Origin: Octopus sinensis | Taxonomy: Eukaryota | DNA length: 64,000 bases | Direction of reading: 5' to 3' | Assembly: GCF_006345805.1 (NCBI RefSeq) | Contig: NC_042997.1 | Location: 49,042,001-49,106,000 of the forward strand | In this document: positions 38,696 to 51,580 of the stretch, one piece after another | How the letters are laid out: each line of letters opens with the position of its first letter | Numbering within the stretch: position 1 is the stretch's first letter | The notes under the pieces: model-generated | What the model saw: only the letters and a program-made list of their open reading frames with translations | Database searches by the model: none | What the model was told of the DNA's origin: nothing | Made by a program: the position numbers and the translations under genes

Positions 38696-39021
38696 ATAAA
38701 CAGCTGTATTTTTTCTCTTACGGGGATGTTCTCAGTTGTTATTTGGTAATGGTGACAAATCCTCTAGAGACAGAAATAGTTTTGATAAATCAAGAATTTA
38801 ATATATTTAATATGATATATCTGCATTTCTCTATTTTGTTCATATACGTCCCATTGGCCACTCTGAGTTATTTCACTTAGTTCATTTTTATTTAATTTAT
38901 GCAAATTACCTTGGACATAGCTGTGTTCTACATGTTTTTGTTTACTTTTACTCACTTTTGAATATACATAATTTACATTATTTACATTTGACGGATATTT
39001 GTTCTTATCTTGTTTGTTGTT

Positions 39022-39067
39022 AACATAACGTTTCGCCTGATATACCCTCCAGCTTTCATTAGGTGTC
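39022..39067 (-). ncRNA. Inactivated hammerhead motif (G5A)
   Basis: Minus strand reads GACAC-CTAATGA-A-AGCTG..CAGGC-GAAA-CGTT-ATGTT; inverted partner of 39402-39447. Confidence 0.5.
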
Positions 39068-39128
39068 TTGAGGAAATTCCGAACCTAGGTTCTCATTCCT
39101 AGAGTATTTTTCTATGTTGTTGCTGTTG

Positions 39129-39200
<72 letters not shown>

Positions 39201-39287
39201 TGACTGCCTGGAATCTAACTTGGAATCTTGGGGTTAAGAGCGCGGGCTACTAACCCTAAGATTCCAAGTTCTATTCCAGGCAGTGAT

Positions 39288-39354
<67 letters not shown>

Positions 39355-39401
39355 TCGAAAAATACCTTAGGAATGAGAACCCAGGTTCGAAATTTCCCCG
39401 A

Positions 39402-39447
39402 GACATCTGATGAAGGCTGGAGGATATATCAGCCAAAACGTTGTGTT
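39402..39447 (+). ncRNA. Inactivated hammerhead motif (G12A)
   Basis: GACAT-CTGATGA-A-GGCTG(10 nt)CAGCC-AAAA-CGTT-GTGTT; GAAA has become AAAA at 39435. Confidence 0.55.
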
Positions 39448-39796
39448 AACAACAAACAAGATGAGGACAAATATCCGTCAAATGTAAATAATGCAAATAA
39501 TGTACATTATTCCTCATCCCTTATATATAGAACAGTACTTTTGAATATGTTTAAATTACTTGGCTGCTCGAGACAGAGTAGAACAATTATCGAACTGAAG
39601 ATGCCGACTGAGGCAGAAACACGTAACCACGGTTGACCTCTTATCTCCAAGCAATAAACCTTTTACTTCCTTAACTGCATGTGATCTGTAGAGAATTACT
39701 TGATTCTTGAGATAATATCTTCCTCTCAAATGGAGATGTTCTCAAATACGATTTGGTTCTTAATAATTTCTCTTAGCTCATAATTATATACGTATA

Positions 39797-39985
39797 TACG
39801 AGTATATGCTGAAAAGTTCCTGGCTTTGGTAAAAGAAAACACAGGAGAATCTGTTAATTATGATTTTATCCAACATACTCCCCTCTCAGATTCACACATT
39901 TATTGCAGTGATCCTTCAGTGTTTCCAAGCTCTGTAAAAGAACTTGGCAAATCGAGCCTCCAACCAGGCCTTTCGCAACACCTTT
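39797..39985. mobile_element. Mariner-derived MITE (partial)
   Basis: tacgagtatatgctgaaaagttcctggcttt TIR; same family as 22409. Confidence 0.65.
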
Positions 39986-40194
39986 CAAGCTAGCGTGTGT
40001 GTGTACCAGTGAGTGGATAAACGAAAAGCAGAGGGACTCAACACATATCGTAGGAATTATATATATATCAGATAGGTATCTGAATGAGCCAGGTTTCCGT
40101 AAGAAGCCTACGAAACTAACATGGGGCCCAAGTCAAACTTTTAAATAACAGCAGCAACAACAAAATCAATAATAATAATAATAATAATAATCTT

Positions 40195-40940
40195 TTCTAC
40201 TAAAGCACAAAATCTGAAATTTGGGGAAGAAACTTAGTCGATTACATCGACCCCATTATCCAACTGGTACTTATTTTATCGACTCTGATAGGATGAAAGG
40301 CGAAGTCAACCTGGACGGAATTTTAATTCAGAACTTAGAGACGAACGAAATTCCTATTTCTTTACTACCCACAAGGGGCTAAACACTGAGAAGACAAACA
40401 AGGACAGACAAACAAAGGGATTAAGTCGATTATATCGACCCCAGTGCGAAAGGATGAAAGGCAAAGTCGACCTCGGCGGAATTTGAACTCAGAACGTAGC
40501 GGCAGACGAAATACCGCTAAGCATTTCACCCGGCGTGCCAACGTTTCTGCCAGCTCGCCGCCTTTACAATAATCTTTTCTACTCTAGGCACAAGACCCGA
40601 AATTTTGGGTGAGATCAACTCTAGTACGCAACTGATACTTAATTTATCGACTCCGAAAGGACGAAAGGCAAAGTCGACTTCGGCGGAATTTGAACTCAAA
40701 ACGTAAAGACAAAATACCGCTAAGAATTTCGACCGACATGCTAACGTTTCTGCCAGCTCGCCGCCCTTACAATAATAAAAATAATCCTTTCTACTAAAGG
40801 TACAAGGCTTGAAATTTTTTTAGGCGGGATGGGGTAGTCGATTGGATTGACGCCAGTCTTCCACTGGTACTTAATTTATCACCCTCGAAAGAATGAAAGG
40901 TAAAGTCAACCCCGGCAGAATTTGAACTCAGAACGTAAAG
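40195..40940 (-). mobile_element. SINE family B tandem cluster
   Basis: At least four units or fragments carrying gaaaggcaaagtcgacctcggcggaatttgaactcagaac. Confidence 0.85.
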
Positions 40941-41182
40941 ACAGAGGAACAGGATAATAACACACGCACGCACACACACGCACGCACACACACGCACGCA
41001 TATATATATTTGGCATTAGAAATTCTTTTCCTTTGCCCTCATTTATGAATTGTTTATAAATTTAACCGTTAAAGGTATTTTTTAATATGCTGGCCATTGA
41101 TAAGATTTTTTTCGAGAAAATATGTTTTTTTTCGAACAGAATTTTATCCTCATATATATATATATATATATATATACACATG

Positions 41183-41220
<38 letters not shown>

Positions 41221-41226
<6 letters not shown>

Positions 41227-41494
41227 CAAAGTAAGCAACAAGAATATCTTCGGTAATTTGGTACGATCGTTTCACGCTACATCATTTTATTAAACATTTT
41301 AAGTATTACATCAGTTTTAAAACGTTGAGGAACATGGAAATAAGTATATGTATTGATGGAAAACCTCTATGAATGGTTGATGATTGCACAACATTTTAAA
41401 ACTGATGTAATACTTACAATGTTTAATAAAATGATGTAGCGTGAAACGGTCGTACCAAATTACCGAAGATATTCTTGTTGCTTACTTTGATTAT
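41221..41494. mobile_element. Foldback element with about 100-bp inverted arms
   Basis: Arms about 41221-41322 and 41392-41494; related fragments at 4728-4850 and 3440-3515. Confidence 0.65.
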
Positions 41495-41583
41495 AATCAC
41501 CCCATGGATTTATATGGATAACACCGTACAAAATTCTGGTGCATCTGACTTAAGTACCATATTCATTTGAATCTAAATTTTAC

Positions 41584-41704
<121 letters not shown>

Positions 41705-41715
41705 ACATATATATA

Positions 41716-41930
41716 CATGGCCTAGTGGTTAGAGCAGTGGACTCGCGGTCGAGGGATCGCGGGTTCGAATGTGTGTGTTTATTAGCGAAACACCTAAGCT
41801 CCATGCGAACTTCTGCTGACTCATTCGCCACTATTTTCTCTCATTCTTTCCTCCTGCATCGTGCAGCTCACCTGCGACGGACCGGCGTCTCGTCCAGGTG
41901 GCGAACCTATACGCCAAGGAACCTCCTGCA
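41716..41930 (+). mobile_element. tRNA-derived SINE family E
   Basis: tggcctagtggttagagc..gggttcgaat head; related minus-strand fragment at 11490-11627. Confidence 0.75.
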
Positions 41931-42345
41931 ACTCTTCTGGACGGTCTCCTTGTTTAAGCTGATGAATACTGCCATAATCTTTGATTTCTTCAGTTCATAT
42001 TTGGTGTTACAAGCAGTTTTGTTGGTCTCTCGCTCAACTGCGTCCCATACATAATAATCAACGGGGTTGCAGTCTGGCTAGATGTTAAGGGTGATGTGGT
42101 CGCAGAAATTGTCTGTCAGCCATGACTGGGTTCTCCTGCTTGTGTAGCATGATGCAGAGTCCTGTTACCAGACATAGAGTCTTCCAGCAGCCTGCCCCTT
42201 CACTCAGGGCAGCACTACCTCCTCCAGGCACTTGATGTAAGCCTCCGAGTTGAATCTGAGTCCGTGAGGGAAGATGAATGGAGGTATAACGTTGCCACCA
42301 CTAGTGATCTCTCCAAACACCATGATGTAGACGGAATGTTTGATT
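41925..42345 (-). mobile_element. maT/DD37D-type Tc1-mariner transposase fragment
   Basis: IMVFGEITSGGNVIPPFIFPHGLRFNSEAYIKCLEEVVLP, then frameshifted QDSA.C.TSRRTQSWL and PDCNP.DYYVW motifs. Confidence 0.82.
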
Positions 42346-43000
42346 TTTATCACTCTTGGTACATGTTCTCCAATACCTTGCCTCGACGGGCAGGTTATGA
42401 TAAATCATGCGAAGTAAAGTTTGTGTTTGTGTTCTCTTCATTGTTTAGTAGTAATTACAGAGAGAGATAGAATGATGTTGTAAGAAAACAGAATTAGAGC
42501 TAGTGAAAGTTGTAGGGTTGTGGAACGTTGTCTCAGTTGCTGATTTCTCCCTCTGACCAAGGTTCTGATTTCTCCCTCTGACCAAGGTTCTAGCTGGTCA
42601 GCCAGTCTTCGTTCTCACTGGGTTGTAACTAACTGCTTGAGGGTTCTTGTTTTTATAACTATCCAGAAGGATAGACATATCGTTGAGAACAATAGGCTTC
42701 GTTGGTGGTACCGTGATATCTCTATTCTAGCTTTTGGTAAAGTAGAAGAGGTTATAAGGGTCAAGTGGTGTAGACATTATTTCGGCCTAGCTAAGGCAAT
42801 CTGGCAAATGTAAACCATTGTTCCTCCGTGAGAAAAGTTCTGTTGAACTGTTAATTTAAATTTGGCTATGGTGGATCGAATCCACTTCATGCTAGCAAGA
42901 TTCACTACATATATATGCATACACATACACACACATATACATATATATATATATATATGCACACACACACATATATATATATATATATGCACACACACAC

Positions 43001-43071
<71 letters not shown>

Positions 43072-43589
43072 TACATGGGTACAGGACGTCACCAACAGTA
43101 AACAACATGAAATTAATAAAGAAAATGTGTAGAATATACACGTTTCGTTTTTCTTTTTCTTTTTCTGGCTTATGAATTTCTTAAAACTCGTAGTCTTGGA
43201 TAATTGTGTATAGCACTATTTCCGGTTTGTGTATGGAGCTGCATCACGATTTATGTCTATTCTGGTCGTTGTTATAAAAACAGTCCGTTTTAAAAGTAGG
43301 AATGTGCCTCAGAATGCTACTTACAAACGTACAAATCAATTAGTCGCACGAGAAGGTCACATAAATGCTTTTCTCCAATGAATATGTTATGCAACACTTA
43401 TAAGAGTGAGATATGAATAAGTGATAATTGTTTACATAAAAGCGTTATAGATTATTATTGTTTATTACTCTATCGAAGAATAATGTTATCAGTGTTAGTT
43501 CCTTTCCATTGAACACTGTTTAAAGATATTTTTGAAGATAGATTGAGTTGGCTATGTACTCACTTGGAGAACTCTTCTCACGTTGCACA

Positions 43590-44005
43590 TCGAAGGGCCT
43601 TTTTTTTTATCTCAAAATATTGTAATATTACAAACGGAATTTTAGCCATTTCTACATCTTTTAACGTTCTGAGTTCAAATTTTGTCGAGATCGACTTTGC
43701 CTTTCATCCTTTCGGGATCGATGTAATCTGCTAGTTCCATCCCTCGGCACCAATTCTCAGGCTTTGTATCTTGTGCAGAAGCAATTATCATTATTGTTTA
43801 TCATCATCATCACCATAAAGAAGCGAGCTGGCAGAATCCTTAGTGCATCGGAGAAAATGCTTCGCGCCATCTCTTCCGACATAACGTTAAGAGGCCAAAT
43901 TCGACCAAGTCGAATTCGCCTTTTATCTTTAGAGTCGATAAAATAACCAGTCGAGGTGGCATCGATGTAATCAACTTTCCCAACCACCAAAATTTCAGGC
44001 TTTGT
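43590..44005 (+). mobile_element. Two SINE family B copies, diverged
   Basis: ttctgagttcaaatt..gtcgactttgcctttcatcc motifs. Confidence 0.7.
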
Positions 44006-46827
44006 ACCTTTGATAGAAAAGATTAGATTATCATCAGCATCATATTCTTGCCTTTTTTTTTTTTTTTTGGTTTTAATTAGTCCACTCAGAAGTGTTTATT
44101 TTACTATGATAGTCTGAATGGCATTTGAATTCAGAATGCACAGACACTGAATAATGAAAAGTATCTCCATGACGCTCTCACAATTCCACCAATACACCAC
44201 CCACTGGGATGGTACTTTATTCATCGACCTCAAAACGATGAAGACCAAGTTGACCTCAGCGAAACACTGAATATTCTGCCGACACGCCGCCTGTATAAAA
44301 TATTGCTAAACTGTCAAACCGCTCGCCGTTTATTGATGGATATCTTCGAATATGCGATGTCTCACAGCTGACAAATACGGACAGAACTGTCGTTAATTAA
44401 GCCATCAGTTTTCTTTTGTTTGACTTTTTTAATTTATGAATTAAAATACATTCGTTTTGTTTTTGTTCTTATTTCCCACTACGATTGTAATTCTAACCCT
44501 TCAGCAATCAGGTTATTCTGTCAAATGTACTGCTTACTTACTCATATCTCTTTGAATTAAGCATATTCATTATCTCATAGCTTTGAGATTTGATGTGACT
44601 GTTTACTTTTAGAATGATATTGTGCATTTGATGTGAGTAGCTGGCTCTGGTCAGTTTGCACATAAAGTAGGTAGACTATTTTGGACGGCTATAGCTGTTT
44701 TAAATGCTAACATGTTGATGCTTTTTTAGCTGAAGAACATTAGCTGCAACAATAGTATGGACATTTAGATTCATACTAATAACATTCAATATCGATGTCT
44801 TGGTCACGTCCCGCAAATAATTCTGATCATAAAATTGAAATTTTCTCCATTGGATGAAGTTGCGAATACATTTTTGTCCCAGCGGGTAATATCGGATAAT
44901 ATTACATCGGTAATTAATTGAAATAACTCATAAACAGTGTTATTGCTATTGTTTACGTATATTTATTGCAAATATATATAAATGAGAAATTTTTTTTATT
45001 CAGTTTTAAATTGATAAATATTAATGTTTCAAAATTCGTTTGAAGTATTGTGATGTGTTAACAAAATGGTGAATTTTAAAACCTCACGGCAATGCGAGTG
45101 AAGAATATATCGGGATATAAACATGGGGTTGCCAATGAATAATCATCATCAGGCATGGGTTGGACGGTCTAAGATGACATGCTGTGTCCAAGGATTGCAT
45201 CGTGCTCCAATGTCTGCTTTGGCAAGGATTCTATGGCTGGATGTCCTTCCTAACACCAAAGATATAGAAATATCTAAAATTCCGTTTTTAGTATTACATT
45301 TTGCGATTTATAAAAAAAAAGGGCCTTCGACGTGTAACGTGAGGAGAGTTCTTCAAGATAGTACACAGCCAACTCAATCTATCTTCAAAAATATCTTTAA
45401 ATAATATTCATTTCATCATTTCATATGAATATGAAACTTGTTAATTGTATAGTTAGGATTAGTGTACCTACATAGTATGACTTGCTATTCCTCTCAGTTA
45501 CTGTAGTTTAGACCCAATATGACATGCAACTTGTAAATTAATATCTCCGTTTTCACAACACTGGAATATTCAATTCGATCAATCCAGTATTCACGTTTCC
45601 ACTAACCCTTTTAGCGGTATAAAAGACAGTTGATCTTGACAAGACACGAATACTGAAGTCAGATGGACAGAGCCATCAACTGTATGTATGTATGTATGAT
45701 GTATGTATGTATGTATGTATACATGCATGCACACACACACACACACACTATAACAAACTTAAACTCGTGTATTTTTTTTATTTGTAACAATTGTAATCAT
45801 CATACAAATATCTAGTACCAAATTTTCTTCTTTTTCTTTCTGTGCGATTTTCTTTTCTATGAAATAGTAACATCAGTAATGCCACGATGTTACTGAAAGC
45901 TGGATCATTCGTGGCAGTAACGTGTGTTGATTTTCAACAGGTTATTATTTTTAACTTTGTTTCGGTCGCTTATGGTAAACCCAGACATTTTAGTGTGAAC
46001 GTGTTTTATTGTTGCTTGAATATATATAGCAAAAAAAAAAGAAAAAAAAAAGAGGCGTTACCAGTATGGGGTCAAGTCTCAACTTGACATACTGAATTTA
46101 AATTCCTACAAATAAAAAATGAATAATTTTCTTCAAGTTGCCTTCTTTTAGATAGAGTGTATGTAAATAGAAGTTCTGAGTGGTGTACAACACAAGTGTT
46201 GGGTTTACGAAATTAAGGGGTTTTTTTTTTCTTTTTTTAATTTAAAATTCTAAGCCAAAAGAATTTAAGATGTTTTCATACACTGAAACTCGAGCAGAAA
46301 AAAATATATAATAATTATTTTTCAAAGAACAGAAATTCAAATTTGAAGATGAATCAATATACAAAATAATGAATTAGTTTAAGGATTTTTCCCCCCAAGT
46401 TTCTGAATTTTAATTTTTTATTGTTCATTGCCACCTTGATTTCAATTAATGAAAACATCTATTTTACAAATTTGAAAACTCTCAACTTCAAAAAATAATT
46501 TAAACATTTGTGTAATTAAAAGGAGGGTTATCAGCTTCATCAATAAACTTGTGCCTATATTTATACAACTCAACATCTACCTAATTCAAAAGAAAGCATT
46601 AAGTTGTACTGACATTTATGTTATTTATTCATTACAGTTCAAAGAGACACGTTAAAATTATCAATTTATTTAATCAGAAAAATGTACACGAAAATTTTGA
46701 TCCTTTGAAAGGCCACAAACACACACACACACACACTTCCAAAATGATATTGCACCAAATCTCAGAAAGCCGCATATACACTTGCCTTTCTAAGGAATTA
46801 CTTCCGACAAATGACTTTATACTTTTA

Positions 46828-47152
46828 CTAGCAGTATCGCCCGGCGTTGCTCGGGTTTGTTTCGACCCTTTAGAATTGAAATTTTTGAAAAGTAAAAGTT
46901 TTGCATTATGTAGCTTGAGGGATTTTCATAGAAAAAAAGCACCTTTTTGATGTAAATAATTTTTGGTGTTAACATGGTCAGATTTGAATTTTTCTTTCTA
47001 TGAAAGGAAGAGCAAGCCTTCTTCTATCATACACTCAATTTTGGTCAACTTACGCCGCAGGGTCTCGGAGGAGAGGGTCTCAGAGGAGATGGTGTTAGTT
47101 GAAGGCTACCAAACCTGCCATACACAGACAGCTTCAGCTTTATATATATAGA
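46828..47152 (-). mobile_element. Non-autonomous Helitron, complete
   Basis: Minus strand A|TCTATATATATAAAGCTG ... CCCGAGCAACGCCGGG hairpin, CTAG|T; canonical AT target. Confidence 0.85.
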
Positions 47153-47484
47153 TTATCAGTTTGTTTTTGTTTGCTGGTTTATAGTGTTTGCTTTTCTGGC
47201 AATAGAAAAAAACAAATTATATGATTTCTCTTACATGGAGTTCTTTCTTCTTGTACTTCTCTTTGAAAAGATCAAATCTCACCAGATTGGAAAGAAAGAG
47301 AAAGAGGCAGAAAAAAATATTTTGTTTTTCCTTTAATGTGAAATATAACCAGTATTACAAAGTTACTTGAATTTTTTAAAAGGTGATTTAAATTATGAAT
47401 AAGGTTCTGATTTTAAAAAGTAATCGTTTTTAATTCAAAATTTTATTTAAAAAAAAAAATAGAAGGGAAAATAATGGTTTTAAA

Positions 47485-47915
47485 TTTTGGCACAAAGCCA
47501 AGAGTTTTAAAGGATGGAGTCAGTCGGTTTTATTGACCCCAGTGTTTAACTGGTACTTATTTTAACGACCGCAAAAGGTGAAAAGCAAAGTTGATCTCAC
47601 CAGAATTTGAACTCAGAAGGTAAAGAGCCGGAAGAAATGCTGTTAGGCATTTTTGTCCTGCTCGCTAACGACTCTCCGCTTTAAGAAAGGAATACGATGT
47701 TTTTCAAATGTTGGCACAGGGCCAGCAATTTCAGGAGAGGGGGCTAAGTCAATTGCATCGACCCCAGTGCTCAACTGGTACTTATTTTATCAACCCCAAA
47801 AGGTTGAAAGGCAAAGTAGACCTCGGCGAAATTTGAACTCGTAACGTAAAGACGGACGAAATACTAAGGATTTTGCCCGGCGTGTTAACGATTCTGCCAG
47901 CTCACCGACTTAAGA
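47485..47915 (-). mobile_element. Two SINE family B copies
   Basis: Tandem diverged units. Confidence 0.75.
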
Positions 47916-49088
47916 AGGAAATATGACAAAAAGATTGCACGGACAAGAAAAAAACAAAAAACTAAACTAACACATTTTAAAACAATACCAGTGTTCATTT
48001 ATTTATATATAGCTATTGTAGAAACGATCCACATTTGTGGCAACATTTAATACATACAAGATATTGTTTTTCTTTCTTTTGATTTTTTTAAAAACCATTT
48101 CTCTTTAACATCTTTAAAGTTTATAGATAACGTTTTTAAGTTCATAGAATGTTCTTAAAAATCTTTTTCTTATACTCATTAAATAAAACTATATATATAG
48201 TGTTGTTGTTAACCATTATACATCATTCAAATATATATATTTTTTAATATTCTATCTTTATTCAAAGTAGATTATAATATATACTTCAAAAATATACTTG
48301 ACTTATTTCTTTAACCTTGAAATCATTGCAGTTTATAATAATCTTATCGTATGTGCGTGTGTGATTAAAATTGTTTTTCTTTCTCTTTTTAAAATATATT
48401 TTAAATTCATGTATTTATTTATTGACTAATGTAATTAAATAATAAAAACAAAACGCATACACATAGAGATGCGGCCCTTTTTATTTTCAAAATCGAACAA
48501 TTATCAAATTATCAAGAACTGAGCTGAGATTTGAATTTTACTTATTTTTATTCATTTTAGAATTTTTGATGAATAAGTAAATTTTAGCTTTCATTGACTA
48601 AATCATTAATTATTGGATTCTTGACATTGCATTGTCCTCGTATCTTTGATGTACCACTCCACTTACGTATAAATAGGTACCATGTAAGAAGTGACGCTTA
48701 CCGTTGCAAAACAGTAAGATTTGTGAATATAGAATAATTGACTAAATTTTTCGGCGCTGGGTTCAAATCCGATACACTGCTAGTCCTGTTGGTACATTAT
48801 TGGCTGTTATGTTAATAAATTCACAAATCATAACGTTGTTGTTATGTTAAACTGTCGTATGTCCAAATTTGGCCAAATGCGTTTCTTTTTTTTTTTTTCA
48901 ATATTTATTTTTGCTTCCAATAGCCGGTTCTTTTGGTCAAACTATCGTATCTCCAGCTGTTTCAGATACCAAGATATCAAAATTTGTCAAAGTGTAGTAC
49001 AATGGTTTTGCTATGGAATGCTGAAACTATTTTTTCGTTTTCTGAAAAATCAACGTTTTGGACTTACAACACTTTTGCATAATAGCAA

Positions 49089-49128
<40 letters not shown>

Positions 49129-49998
49129 ATACAAGAATGTTGGTGACAGTGACGTCAAAATTTCAGCCGGCTAAGCCATCGTCGGATTGGCAGAAACTTC
49201 GCAGTCAATATCCACAATATTCTTCTAGAAGAATAATACATTTGTACTCTACAGAAGTATAGATAGAGTAACCCATCAGATTAATGTAAAATTGTTTTTA
49301 TTTTAACTGAACATAAAAACAAATATTAATACATACACACACACACCATACAAGGGGAAAAAATTGAAAAAGAGATATTTTTCTCTTATGAAATGATATA
49401 AAAATTAATCTTCGTTGCAGAGTTTAGGAAAATGAAATAATAGTGCATTTGCATAAAAAAACCACGTATGTGTGTGAGTATGAGAGAGAGGGAGAGAGAT
49501 AGGGAGAAAGAGAGAGAGAAAGAAAGAATGACAAGCACAGAGACATGACACTCGCGAGTCTGCAAAACATAAAATAAACGTGAATATTTAATTTTCAATG
49601 GATTTTACTGATTTATTTTTGTTCTTGTTCATTCATGGCGAGTTTCCAATAAAATCAAGTGAAAAACTAATAAAATAACAACAAAAAGAAAAACCCGAAA
49701 AATAACAATAAATTAAAATTCAAATATAAAGATATAATTTCTAAAATTGTAAAAGATTTACATTGCCATATTTGACTTCATGTGGTTAAAAAATATCTAA
49801 GACAAGTATGTCTGTATAAAATATATACCTATATCCATATTCATATATATATATATATATATATAAATATATCCATCTATATATATCCCTATATATAGAG
49901 AGAGCGCGAGAGAGAGAGAGTCATAAAGAGGTACGAAGGAGATATATACTATTATGCAAATTTATTATACATATGTGTGTGTATGCTTGTATGTATGG

Positions 49999-50059
<61 letters not shown>

Positions 50060-50633
50060 TTGGGTTCATGCCAATTTTCACCCTGCCATAAGTTGAACAG
50101 ATTCCTTACACAGTAGCCTTTTCACATACATTATACCACAAATTTCACACCATCAATGTGCTATCTGTTGGTGCTACCAACACTTTCATCAACATTTCTA
50201 TGTTGAGATATGCAGACGAACAGTCAAATTTCTGCATCTTATCATCATCAAACACTGAATTTAAGGCCAAGACATTCAATTCTTAATGATCCAGGCCAAC
50301 AATTTCATATACATCCATCATATCACTGTAGACAGTGAATATTGTATAAGCTTAGATCCCTGAAAACAAATTCTTTTATATGCATGAAAGGATGAGAGAG
50401 CAACTTTCAAGCAGTCTATAAATAAAATATTTTCAGTTATTTCCTTATAACATCAAAGGTTAGAACAACTTCACACACAGTTATATATAAAGTGAATTTA
50501 TGCCTGATCCGAGTTACAGGCTTCAGAAGTGCATCTACATAATTAAATTTTGCAGAGATGCACAGCTATGTCACAGGGTATGCAACTTGTTCAGATAATT
50601 TCCATAAATCTGGACTAAGTTGTTACTGATTAT

Positions 50634-50666
<33 letters not shown>

Positions 50667-50836
50667 CGTTTATATATTTGTTTTGCAAGATTTTTGATGT
50701 GAAATCGTGTGTTGAAACAGATATTGTTGTATTTAGGAATGGTCATGTTGCCAGTGTAGCCAATAAAAACACACGCACTATAAATTTGGTGTTAATTTGC
50801 TTCAGCTTTATTTAATTTTTACATTAATCTTATTTC

Positions 50837-50878
50837 AGCCAGAGTTCTTTCGTCACACTTCTGTGACCTCATCAGTGG
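50837..50878 (-). ncRNA. Hammerhead-like motif, left arm (sense to laminin transcript)
   Basis: Reverse complement of the 50991-51033 motif, with an identical core. Confidence 0.6.
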
Positions 50879-50990
50879 TCCTTTGCTTTCTTTTTTCATA
50901 TTTGTGTGTCTCTCCTTACTAACGATGAGCCATTTTCTCAAAATCAGTTAGTAAGGAGAGACACATAAATAAGAAGGAAGACAGCAAAGG

Positions 50991-51033
50991 ACCACTGATG
51001 AGGTCACAGAAGTGTGACGAAAGAACTCTGGCT
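50991..51033 (+). ncRNA. Hammerhead-like motif, right arm of palindromic PLE derivative
   Basis: ACCA-CTGATGA-G-GTCACA(GAAG)TGTGAC-GAAA-GAACTC-TGG. One extra base before stem II, 2-bp stem III, CUC site. Confidence 0.6.
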
Positions 51034-51401
51034 GAAATAAGATTAATGTAAAAATTAAATAAAGCTGAAGCAAATTAACACCAAATTCATAGTGCGTGTG
51101 TTTTTATTGGCTGAACGCAAAATGACCATTCCTAAATACAACAACATATATATATATATATATATATTGCAATTTGTAATAATCTTGAGCAAAACACTTC
51201 ATTTCACGTGGTTCCAATCCACTCAGCTAGCAGAAATGAGTAATCCTACGATGGACTAACGTCTCATCCAGGTGGGGAATATATACGCCACTGAAACCAA
51301 GAAACCAGCCCTCATGAGCCTAACATGGCTTGAGAAAGAAACATTAATTATATGATACACATGAAAACGTATGTATGAATATATATGTAGATGCAATTAC
51401 A

Positions 51402-51580
51402 CCAGAGTAAACACATAAATGTGAAACAGGGTGGAAAAAAGAGTACTCAAATACCAGTGGTAGAGTAATATGCTTTATTTAAAGCAGCAGAAAATTCAAC
51501 AATTGCCGTTCGTCGGACAGTTTTTGCTAGCAAAAACTGTCTGACGAACGGCAACGTGAAACTCAGAGTAACAGGTTTTG
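51402..51580. mobile_element. Palindromic PLE-derived element
   Basis: ttgccgttcgtcggacagtttttg-ctag-caaaaactgtctgacgaacggcaa; the left arm is truncated. Confidence 0.7.
51533..51579 (+). ncRNA. Minimal type I hammerhead ribozyme, complete core
   Basis: Stem I aaaactgt/acaggtttt; CTGACGA; stem II ACG-GCAA-CGT; GAAA; stem III ACTC-A-GAGT; GUA cleavage triplet (cut after 51570). Confidence 0.8.

Larger units (their letters stand above)
38972..39500. mobile_element. Foldback PLE-derived element with (ATT)n/(AAT)n arms
   Basis: About 530-bp imperfect palindrome centred near 39243, with a hammerhead remnant in each arm. Confidence 0.8.
45778..50359 (-). other. Candidate non-coding terminal (3'UTR) exon of the laminin gene
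   Basis: Strong minus-strand acceptor gaatttgttttcAG|GGATC at 50360-50361, stops in all three frames after it, then long AT-rich sequence. One of many AATAAA sites lies near 45778-45783. The 3' end is a guess. Confidence 0.3.
50680..51146. mobile_element. Foldback PLE-derived element with about 200-bp inverted arms
   Basis: Arms 50722-50923 and 50947-51146, 23-nt spacer. An internally deleted sibling lies at 1735-1970. Confidence 0.8.

Noticed and set aside
41400-41460. CTGATG...GAAACGGTCGTA in the 41221-41494 foldback as a hammerhead
   Set aside because: The core reads CTGATGTA, and no stem I or clean stem II could be drawn.
42540-42591. 25-bp direct tandem duplication
   Set aside because: Ordinary slippage event with no further structure.
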